From NCBI RefSeq assembly GCF_000743755.1, contig NW_014569505.1:1-48052 (forward strand): a stretch of 48,052 nucleotides of DNA. Direction: 5' to 3'. Below, piece by piece: positions 1 through 10,451 of the stretch (positions are counted from its first letter, which is position 1; each line of letters starts with the position of its first letter). Source of the DNA: Blastocystis sp. subtype 4 (Eukaryota). Position numbers and translations under genes: made by a program. Under the pieces are notes generated by a model, which made no database searches, was not told the DNA's origin, and saw only the letters and a list, made by a program, of their open reading frames with translations.

Positions 1-3000
1 CTCCAGAGTCGTCTTGATCGATTCCACACTCTCAGATCCCACTTCAATACGATACACTCCAGCAACACCCACAGCCAGAGTCACTTCAGCACTTCCCATC
101 GACTGCAGAATCACTTGATTTGATGCCACACCACTACTCTGTAGACCCTCAGCTAGAGTCTTTCTCATCATCTCCTGCTCATAAGCACCAGCAGAGGCTG
201 AAGTGATTCCAGAATACTATACAATCATCTATCTCTCAAATACCTTACCTGAATTGTCACACGGATAAATGCCTTGCCTTCAGAAGGCTTTGTCTTCTCG
301 GGTGTCGCCAGACACATGCTGGTATCTTCAGGATTCCATTTGGGATTTCGATCTGTCTTGCTCTCTCCACAGGATCGAGTACGCACTCCACTGGTTCCTG
401 AACAGAACAAGTAGGCGGTGTTACCTCGTTCGGTGATAACCCATTCACCATCAGCGGCACAGGTAGGAACAATGACTTGAATGGAGACTGTAGTCGAGCC
501 AGATTTGTTCTCATTGGAAGCAGTCACTGTGAAGGTTGTAGGATCCAAACCCACTGTAGGAATACCAGATATGATACCACTTGTAGTATCCAACGAGAGT
601 CCAGCAGGGAGATTTGGCTGAATAGAATATGAAGTGATACGGTACTGATGGGTTGGCTCAAGAGCAGCAATCTGCTCGCCCTTGTATCCTACAATACCAG
701 ACCGATAGCTGATAATCGGCTGGCGGTAGACACAAGTGTCAGACTCAGCTCCCCAGGTAGCAGTGTTGCCATTAAGGATACAAGTACGCTGACGATGACC
801 CTCCATGTTGGTAGGATCAGGACAGGACACTTCGGAGGTGGTTCCATGCTCCACCTCGATCCACACACCGTCTGTAGGACACTTGAGCAGACTTACCGTA
901 ATGGCGATCACAGCAGTACCTGAAGTGTCTTGATTGCTTGCAGTGATAGTGTAGCTAGTTGGTTGAGATTCTGCCGTGGGAGTACCCGATATAGCTCCAT
1001 TAGTAGGACTGAGAGTCAGACCTGCAGGGAGAGTAGGATAGACACTCCAGTTAGGAGCATAGTTAGTGACCGTGGGAGTCATCGTGGTCATAGGTACATT
1101 TCGGTAGAGAGTAATTGAAGAAGAAGAATAAGTGATGATGGGAGCACTGTACATACAATTATTCACAGGATTGCCCCAATATGGAGGTGAAGCAGCCACA
1201 CAGTCACGGTAGTGACTACCTTCCATCTGAGCTCCACAATTCTGATACGCTCGATCACCAGCATCTGTCTCTTCCCAAGGAGCTTGAGCAGGACAAGTAA
1301 GAGCAATGATAGTAATGTTGAGAGTGGTGGAGAAGTTACCAGCACGATTAGACACAGTGATAGTGTAAACAGTACCAAGCACATCCTTAATAGAAGGTGC
1401 TCCATTGATAGTACCTGTAGCTGAGTCGAAGTACAAACCCGAAGGCAGAGTAGGAGTAATAGTGATAGGATCCAACTCTGCTCCGAAAATTTCAGGTGTG
1501 ATCACACTCATCTCCACTCGCTTCTCCAATGTCACATTCGTCACAGGGTAGGTAATGTTGGGTGCCATCAATATACAGTCATTGTAGATTTCTCCCCATG
1601 CTGGAGGTACCACGTCCATACAGAGACGAGTCATGTTGCCCACATAGTGGATGGAATCAGGACAGGAGCGAGTAGCGTTAGTACCAGCAGGAGTAGCACT
1701 CCAGCCGTTATCAAAGTCAGCTGGACAGTTGGCTCCACTATCAACAATGCTAATACGAAGCGTTGTTGAAATGGAACCAGCAGTGTTACGACCTGTAATA
1801 GTGTAGAAGAAGGCCTGTGTGCTGTTACGACCAGCACCCGTAATAGAACCAGTAGCAGAATCCAGAACCAGATTGTCAGGAAGTGAAGGTAAGGAAGTGA
1901 ATGTACAAGCCACACACACGAATGAAGGTACAATCGGTGTAGTGATATCCATTCCTGTGGTCAGCTCGTAAGTAGTCTGAGGATAGACAAAATAGGAAGG
2001 AGCCTCTGGCGTACAGAAGTTCTCCACAGCACCAAAGGTTAGAGTGCTCTCACAGAGACGACGTCTATATCCTGTATAGCCAGAAGGACACACACCAAAT
2101 GAATAGCCACCAACAATCGCAGGTCCGAAGGACAAATCACCAGGACACACCTGATCAAAGTCGACATAATCATTGAATAACGAGAACTCATTCGCAATCA
2201 ATCCTTCACTACACTCCCCATCCATATTCGAATTCTTGCAACCTGTTACACGAAGACGGAATGTGTTGTATGCAGTTGTAGGATAGAAGGAACGAGTGGC
2301 CTCAGTACCTCCTACATTTGCATTGTATTCGGACACATAGTCAATCATGGACCAGTTCAGACCATCATTGCTACCTTCAACAGCCCATGAGGTTGGGAAG
2401 TTGGCCAGACAAGTACCATAGCGAGAGGAGAACATATAAGAATTCACAGTGTAACGACTGCCCATAGGATACGTCCATTGAAGAATAGCACCTTCACAAC
2501 GAGGTCCTGACACATATGACGTCTCATCAATGAAATCAAACGCCTTCAGATAATCATGGAAACCTGTAGTCATGATATCAGCTGATGGCTCTCCTACAAG
2601 CATTGTGTAGGCCTTGAACTTGGTAATAAAAAGAGTAGTCTTGAAGTCATTCTGGGTTCGGGTACTACTGAGCTTGTGATTTTCTATAGCTAGCACATTG
2701 TTTCCTTCCACCAGTAGATCCGAAGAAAGAACCACTGTTCCCGAGATAATCTGAGTGGTGAGGAACTCAGATGAGGCCAGAGTCTCCGAAGTCGGGGTTC
2801 CAGTAGGCATATTCACACGATAAATCTCCTTTCCATTAAGATAGACGATGGAACCAGCATTCACTCGGATACGGTACTCAACGGTAGTGGTATCATTAAC
2901 ATAAGTCAAGGAGAAGGTACGACGGTAGTACTGAGCAACATTCGTCAGACTCGGGAAATTACCAGCAGTAGCTTCAGCCCATGCAGCATCACTGAATGAA

Positions 3001-6000
3001 GGCTTCATCCAATCATTGTTACCAGGATTACCATAGAGATACTTCCATGAATCTGTAGGGGTTACCATGTAGAATGGATAGTAGATATCACCGGAGCGAG
3101 AGATGACCGACTTGCCAATCACCACTTGATCCTCCGTCATCACTTCCAAATAGTACTGACCCCAGCTGGAAGATAGACTGCCGAGTTGTATCCGCACTTG
3201 AGATGGTGCAGAACAGACAGGCCAGTACATCTCTTCTTGAAGAGGCATACTTGTCACTACCAACAGTTGTTCGGCATCCGGCAGGTTCACTGTGAACGAC
3301 AGCTTCGGTCCCATTGCTCCAGTTGTAGGCATGTGCAGGAAGAATAGACGCTTTGGTGAAGCACAATCATCGATCTTGATCTCCACAATAGTGGTTGTCT
3401 GAACGCCTAAGCGGCTGTTTGTGAATGTGAACGAACGTACACCTCCAGTATTAGCAGCAGTAGGACGACCTGAAATGCGACCTGTGTATGGATCCAGCGT
3501 TAGGCCACTGGGCAGGGCAGGACTTACGGTGACCTCACCAACAGAGGTTGTTGGCATCAGTGTGGGGAAGGGCTGGTTTACATATCCCTGAACCGATGTC
3601 TCCTGATAGGCGAATGGTTCATCTTCAGCATTCGATACTGCGAATAGCTCCAGCTCGGAGATGGCAAAGGCATTCGTTGGGAATACGTTCCGATTAGCAG
3701 CCAATAGAAGACGATACCAACCGAAAGCATCTGTTGCATTCATAGAGAAGCAGAGACGCTGAGATCGCTTGCTGAAGCGGACATTCACACGTGCATCCAA
3801 CATGTTCCAGACGGCTTCGTCCGAGATATCATTGGATCCCACTAAGAACCAATCAGTAGGATCATAACGAGACACATCAGGATTGCAAGTGATGCAATAT
3901 CGGTTGATCACACGACGTCCATCGTTCTGGAACTTCACACCTACCCAACCAGGTTCATCACGAGTAGAACGAGGCAGAAGGGTGTAGGAACTCCAATCAC
4001 CATCAATGACACGAGACACAGGATAACTACCACTATCTCCACTTGCCTGCGCTTCGGCATCCTCTGTAAGCGACAGAACATCCGAAGAACTGTCCAGATA
4101 CACAGACATCTTGAAGTCAACAGTTATATTGGCCGCATTCATCGCATTCGTAATCTCGAAAGCAAATGCGTTAGAGGCATCACCCAACTCGGTCACCAAA
4201 CCAGTGTATGTATGCCAGTAGGGAGTTGAAGAACCTCCAGTAATATCTGTAGAAGCAGTCATTGCTCCTTCAGGTACATAAATACGATATCGCTCCACAC
4301 CATTAACATAGAGAACAACACCAGCACGACAATAGAAGTGTACACTGTATGACATGTAACTGTTCTTCACAATGGGAGTTACACTGTTCATATAAACGTA
4401 CCAATGACGACGCTCTAATTGTACACCTGTGCTAATCGAAGCCCAAGATGCAGAAGAAGTGAAGGAGGCGTCAGAGTACCAATTTTCTCTGTACTCAGTT
4501 CCAGTATACACTTTGACATCACTACTCTCATTGACAAGGAACTCCGTATTCAGCTTAATCACCGTAGTATCACTATCAGCAACCAATGCCTTACCCAAAG
4601 CATAAGCCTTGTCTCCATTAAAGACAGTCACATCCACATACGAACCCTTTACCCAAGCATCACCAAGTGAATCCTGAAGAGTAAGAACGCAAATCTCATG
4701 AGCCACACACACATGATAAATCTGAATCTCTGTGCTATCGAGTCCTGTTGATGACAACGTCACATTTGAGTTAGGACATGAAAGTGTCCAGGACTCACGA
4801 TCCGATCCCAGCTGGTTGTATTTTATGAGATCAAGACGAGTCTTGGTAGGTCCACTGCAAGAAGTGAATATGATTGAGACAGTTGCAGTGCTGTTGGTAC
4901 CTGTTACAGAAGACATAGCCACAACCGAATAGACTGCCAGAACATCATCACTGAAGGAGGTAGTACCGCTGATCTCTCCAGAATCCACATCAATGGTAAT
5001 ACCAGTAGGGAGTTCAGGAGAAATCGAGTAGGACTGGAAGCCACTACTAAGAGGCTTGATGGAGAAGTCTTCTGTGATTCCCACAGTGTATGTAATGGTT
5101 TCTGTGGGATAGTACAAGCCCGCTGGTAACACCTGATCCTGAGTCGCAAACAGACGCATCTCAGCAAGCTGAGCAATAGTTTCAGTGGTACCACGAACAG
5201 CAATAATCGAAAGACGTAAGGAACTATATGAGACACGATTGGATGCAAGATTGAAGGTAGCAGTTTGTCCACGCTTGGTAAAGATGAAGTTGGACTGATA
5301 GTCCAGACGGTCCCACTGAAGACCATCCTCAGAACCCTCCAAACGCCATGACAAAGGATCACGTTCAGGTAGAGATGAAGAAGAAGTGAGAGAATAGGAG
5401 TTAAACCATTCACGACGTCGATTGTTGAAAGTATACACAATCTCAATAGCAGGATCAATATATGCTGTCCATTCAGTCTCCTTATTGTAGTCAAACAGAT
5501 TCTCCACATTATCATTCGTAGGTGAAGTACTTGTGCAAGTAGCGACACCATCAGAGACACGATAGCTAGGAGCTAGGTATCAGAATCTTCATTCATTCAT
5601 ACTATTCATAATAGGGATTAAATAGGCCTTGAAATCATCTGTTGTCGTACTGAGAGTCGTGTTACGATGAATCTCGACAGCAAGAACGACGGAGGCATCA
5701 CTGAGCGAGATATCACGACTTCCAGTGTAGCGAAGGTAAGAAGATTCAGAATCAACAGATGTTGCTTCCACTGTTGCACTCACAGGACCTCTACACTTGA
5801 ATCACATTCCTCTCACCCTACGCAGGAAGGTTCTTGCGAATGACCTCTTCTCCATTGACATAAGCAATCACTCCCTCACGCGAATACACAGCAAACTCAA
5901 AGAGGGGATAGCCAGAACTCAGAGGAGGAACAGTGATGGAAAGGGAATAATAACGCGTGGTAGTGCTTATCGCAGGAAAACTACCAGGATTAAGGAGTTG

Positions 6001-6515
6001 CCAGGTGGGATTCACATTGTATCTCCAGTCAGGAGTAGACTGGGCTTGGGAAGAATATCTCCACGCTTCTGAAGTTTTAATCATGTAGACAGGATTAAAG
6101 GGGACCTCAGCAGTGGAAGCATCCTCAAGACGCGAACGCAACAATTCAATGCCATCCATCACAACATAGAAAAGAGAGCCGGCATTCCAACCACTACTAG
6201 AGCTACATATCAACTCAGCCTCCAAAAACGTACACATCAGAAAGAACAAAGGTATGTTCTTCTGGATAAATGCACAGCTCAATCACATTCTCCAGAAAAG
6301 CGCTATTCCTTCCCACTTCAGTGTGAATGATGGTTCCACGAGTGACGGAACCACGATAGATCTCAATCTTTTCATTCACTGGGTTGGCTCCATAAATTCG
6401 ATGAATTTGGATCAGCGACAGGTTTTCTTCGCAAACAAGCGACATCGCTAAAATATAACGTTACAGAACCTCTAATACCTGTAAAAAGAATCAGAAGACT
6501 TAAAAGTACTCTCAT
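1..6515 (-). CDS. Large secreted/cell-surface modular protein with He_PIG (putative Ig), F5/8-type C/discoidin-like, jelly-roll and Cys-rich HormR-like repeats; 3'-partial
   Basis: Spliced model complement(join(<1..216,249..5572,5603..5790,5822..6202,6234..6447,6479..6515)) with five GT-AG introns of 30-32 nt keeps one frame over 2,120 codons. N-terminus MRVLLSLLILFTAMSLVC looks like a signal peptide. Six PxLPxxLxxxxxxGxIxG Ig-like units, three WxxxGSxD...WxxxD discoidin-like units, three YxNGxExxR units and five four-Cys modules. The frame runs off the window edge. Confidence 0.85.
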
Positions 6516-6807
6516 ATCTTCTTAACTCCTTTAAGAAATGACAACAATCGAAATGGAGAAATGATGACAAAGAACCGCGGGAATGGAAGAAGAAATGAAG
6601 CAATGCTTGTTTCAACAAGACATGCTATCGATGTATATAGCAGAGTAATGGAGAACATAATGCACGAGTTTGTACGATTTGTGACTCGATTACAATGTGA
6701 GCTATAACGGGTGAATCCACTTCCAAAGAATGATAGTCTGACATCTGTATATCCGTTCGTAGTCGTTTGCAAGATTCCCTCCATTCTGGATTCTCCTCAT
6801 TCATACT

Positions 6808-7971
6808 ATGGAATTGGTAAAGAAACCGTATACATATAAATGCAACAAGTGCTACCACGAAATTGATGGTACTTGCTATAAAACGTTCATTTGACAATAC
6901 CCACTCACTTCTAGATCCTGTTTACATCTGTACTGTGTAACTATTTGATTGATGATTGATGGATAGGAAAGGTAGGTGAATTGGATCGATAATAGAGTAG
7001 ATGTGGAAGAGAAACCTTCGAGCAGGTAATTCCTTACTACCTTGTCTAATCTATACCTTAGTCTCTAATTTGTGTCATTTGTGGATCTGATGTATCAGGA
7101 GAGTACGAGAAATGAGAAGCTGTTGTGTAGAGATGCTATTGTAGAGTTACACTTCCACTCCTCCTTTACACAATCAACACAAACCCAGCTAACTTCAATA
7201 ATATATGAGAATCCGCTCGCTGATATCCTAAAGAGTGATTCACTAGGATCCTTGATTCACCTCTTGCTGAAGTCCGATTTGCTCTGCGTTTCTTCTATGT
7301 AATATGTCATTTTTCGATCTTCCATAGAGTCAACTGTTGTTGGAAGCTTCATTCAATGTGAGGTTGATCGCATGGACTCATAATCAGGAAGAAGAACGAA
7401 CACGCGCACAGGAGGAATTTAAGAGACGCGAGTGCAGACTCCGTAGTTCTGTATCAATGTCTTCAAAATAGAGAATGAAACCGCAGAGTTACAACAGATG
7501 GTTAGCGATCTTGAAAAGAGTAACAGCTCCATGGCCATCGAATTAGGAGAGTCTAAAAAGATGATCGAAAGTTTGCAAGGAGAAAAGGAAGAATTGCAAC
7601 AGTGAGACTAGAGCGAATCAATAATAGACAGACAAAAAGCAAAGATGGAATCGCTCTATTTGGCCCTAAAGAAGCAACAAAAACAGAGCATTTCCGACTC
7701 CCCTGTTTCCACCCCGCCTCTTCTGGGATTTTCAATCCCCGTATCACAGAGTCGCAATAATAGTGAGAATGAAACCACTCCGTCAATTTCCCAAGAAACG
7801 ACCAAGTTCAAAGGGATACTCGTCCCTGTACATATTGATACCATAATTAAAAACAGAAACCCCTTAAACGACCCGATACCCCAGGACTCTTCTCGAGCGT
7901 CAAGAAGAAGAATAGTATTCGTAAACTCTAACAAAATAATTTGTTTACATGAAATACCCGTTTTCCATTAG
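6808..7971 (+). CDS. HEI10: HEI10/CCNB1IP1 (Zip3/RNF212-related) RING E3 ligase, ~284 aa
   Basis: join(6808..6884,6915..6936,6967..6971,7001..7025,7062..7102,7131..7222,7261..7298,7328..7357,7388..7442,7472..7601,7632..7971), ten introns of 28-38 nt. Encodes MELVKKPYTYK-CNKC-YHEIDGTCYKTS-CLHLYCERC-GRETFEQSLI-CVIC-GSDVSGEDAIV (C3HC4 RING), then ..FALRFFYSQ.., a coiled coil ending ..KMESLYLALKK, and an S/P-rich tail, which is the HEI10 layout. The exact 3' end is less certain. Confidence 0.75.
7223..7260 (+). other. Probable U12-type (minor spliceosome) AT-AC intron, 38 nt
   Basis: Starts ATATCCT (U12 donor consensus), contains TCCTTGAT (U12 branch-like, 7249-7256) and ends TTCAC. Removing it restores the frame to NPLAALAEVRFALRFFYSQ. 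Confidence 0.7.
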
Positions 7972-8055
7972 CAAGTACTATGATCCAGCTTCAGGTATAG
8001 TTTGATGAAGCCGGCGTTTTGGCGCATAAATCTCAAAAAAGATAGAATAATAATC

Positions 8056-9678
8056 ATGTCCGATCAGAGAGAATTATTCAAGAAGTTCTATGCACGAATC
8101 TGCGAAATTGACAAAACTAAGGTGCCCATTTCTGGAAACCCTGATGGATAGGGAAGAATAATGGGTCATCACATCTTTGACTTGCTTTGTGCACAAACAA
8201 TGGCCTTGAGAACATACCAGGAATGTTTGTGTATTAAACTGAAGTTGATCTTGTAGTTAATCATAAACAATATGGTCTCTGTGCATATTTTAACATTTTT
8301 GTACACCTTTTCCGTAACGGAGTGGAGTATCTTCTTCCCGGTACTCTGTTGGTATCCATTCAATATTTCTATGCAAGGACGCCTGTCATTACATTGCGAA
8401 AGGAAGGAAGTTAGATTGAACTGAAGATGTGATCTCTAGAGTTACTTCAGCTGAATCACTCAATTGTTGCAGATAATGGAGTAGTAACGACGCCTATGTT
8501 GCGATCTTGGACGGAGGTGAGTCTGCGGACTGTCTGTGATATCTGTAGAGTAGTTCTCTCTTTGACGTGATGCGTGACATTGTGGAGTGTCTTCAAGGCG
8601 ATCCTCACAGTTACACGGATTCTGTTCCAGATGATAATGCTGATGCTGCAGAAACAACTAGTGAACCTCATCTAGAAGTGTAGATTGAATGATATGGGTT
8701 TGATGAATAGGAATACTAGTATTCGTAGAGAAAGCAGATGATGTGTAGATTTTAACCCAGCGATTCCTTACCATTCTCTGAAGAAAGGAAAGGAATTGGG
8801 TCGAGGCGCATTTGCTGTTGCTTATGAATGGTAAGATTGAAGTTATTTTCTGAGTTCTAGTGAGTACAATGGTCGTAAGGTTGCCATGAAGGAATGGACC
8901 AAAAAACCTGGTGATTATGAGCGCACAGCTATGCAACGAGAAATTGATATTCAGAAGTCCTTAAATCACCCCAATTGTCTGCAACTGTATGGTATGAGCA
9001 AGACGGATGATGGTAAACCAGTGTTAGTGATGGAGCTGGCTGATGGTTGTTTGGCAGACTATACAACAAAGCAGAAGAAACCTCGTCTCACAAATGCTGA
9101 GAAGTGTAGAATTATCTTAGAGATTGCAGAAGGTTTGGAGTATGTCCATTCAAAGGGATGTATCCATCGAGATATCAAACTTGATAATATCCTGATGAAG
9201 GATGGTCATCCCAAGATCGCTGATTATGGGTTAGCTCGTACTCTGGATCCTACTGTGTCTATGCAAATCACATTCGCTGGATCGCCTGTCTTGTAGGGAT
9301 GGAAGGAGAGATGAGAAGTAGTATGGCTCCAGAACTGATTCTGAATCAGAGAGTTACAAATCTCATTGATGTATATTCATTTGGCTGTATTGTTAACGAA
9401 ATCTATACGGAAAAGACTTGTTATTGGGATTATAAAGTCCGTACACAAGCTCTTGTACGTTGTTTCCGGATATCTTGAATTGTAGTTCTTCAAGGAGGTG
9501 AAGGAAGGATTGAGACCCACCATTCTCCCGAACACCCCACTCGGTAAGAGGTGGACTGCTGAACTCATATATAGAAATCAAGTGTCTGTTGATTGATTGC
9601 TACAAGAACAAGTCGTCAAGACCGAACATGAAATCTATTGTGAAGAGGATTCGTTCATGGGATCCTTCTACTTGGTGA
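8056..9678 (+). CDS. Protein kinase (TKL-like) with an N-terminal TSG101/Vps23-type UEV-like domain
   Basis: Ten GT-AG introns (8122-8151, 8225-8256, 8410-8439, 8517-8548, 8680-8710, 8719-8748, 8831-8860, 9293-9321, 9455-9485, 9544-9574) give one frame. Kinase motifs: LGRGAFA, VAMK, HRDIKLDN, DYG, GSPVFMAPE, DVYSFG, RP. TGA at 9676-9678. The N-terminal ..NHSIVADNGVVTTPMLRSWTESSSLFDVMRDI..GDP resembles a UEV domain. Confidence 0.85.
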
Positions 9679-9695
9679 TTAATAGAAGTTTTGAT

Positions 9696-9703
9696 TGTTT
9701 GTT
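9696..9703 (+). terminator. TGTTTGTT downstream polyadenylation element of the kinase gene
   Basis: Exact TGTTTGTT 17 nt after the TGA; same motif recurs at other 3' ends in the window. Confidence 0.7.
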
Positions 9704-9824
9704 GAATAATGATGGGGCAAATCCAAGAGAGGAGATATCAAAGAGAAAAATCTCAATGTATCCCCTGGATGATGATTCTCTCGTTTTTCACACATAGTAG
9801 ATATTCCTATTCTCTGCTGTGAAG

Positions 9825-9896
9825 GTAAGGTTGTGCAGAATGATATATGGAGCAGAATAGAAGGGTTGAGAATAACAGAACTAACTTGTGGTTTAG
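9825..9896 (+). other. Probable 5'-UTR (leader) intron of RPL32, 72 nt
   Basis: AAG|GTAAGG donor, ACTAAC branch point near 9880-9885, TTTAG acceptor 6 nt before the ATG. Confidence 0.55.
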
Positions 9897-9902
9897 AACG
9901 TG

Positions 9903-10384
9903 ATGGCTCCTATTCATAAGGTCAAGATCGTGAAGAAGAAGTTGACTTCTTTCCCCCGTTTCCAGGCTGACAAGTTCAAGAGAATGAATGTACGTTTTTG
10001 ATAAGCAACCGGTGGATTGTCTAATCTTTTGTGTAGCAGCACTGGAGAAAGCCCAAGGGTATTGATGGACGCTGCAGACGTCGCTTCCGAGGTGCCACTT
10101 TGATGCCTAACATTGGTTATGGTTCGAACGCTGCCACCAAGCACATGCTCCCCAACGGACTCTACAAGTTCATTGTTAGCAATGTGAAGGACCTCGAGCT
10201 TCTGATGATGCACAACACCACCTACTGTGCTCAAATTGCTCACAATGTTTCTGCCAAGAAGAGAGCTGAAATCCTGAAGCGTGCTAACGAGCTTTCCATC
10301 CGTGTGGTGAATGGAAAGAAAGTGCTGTTGGAATGAGTAATGCGTAGGGCTGCTGTTGCTAAGGTCGAGGCTGAGGCTGAATAA
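9903..10384 (+). CDS. RPL32: 60S ribosomal protein eL32
   Basis: [29 protein letters not shown], intron 9990-10036, then [60 protein letters not shown]. The C-terminus [14 protein letters not shown] needs a second intron at 10318-10347 (see findings). Confidence 0.95.
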
Positions 10385-10451
10385 GTGGTGTCGTCTGGGA
10401 ATGTTTACTTCAGTGTTTTGTTTGTGACAAAGAGGAATAACCCATAAATGA

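Noticed and set aside
257..5560. Alternative-frame ORFs over the surface-protein gene (e.g. 4904-5560, 1631-1933)
   Set aside because: They overlap a well-supported CDS and look like codon-bias artefacts.
6512..7310. Possible minus-strand gene (ORFs 6625-6897 and 6512-6784, with intron-like segments)
   Set aside because: I could not build a continuous spliced frame; the + strand gives a coherent RING protein over much of the same DNA.
7937..7949. TGTTTACA as a poly(A)-stop signal for the HEI10-like gene
   Set aside because: Weak match, and cleavage at -5 would not create an in-frame stop.
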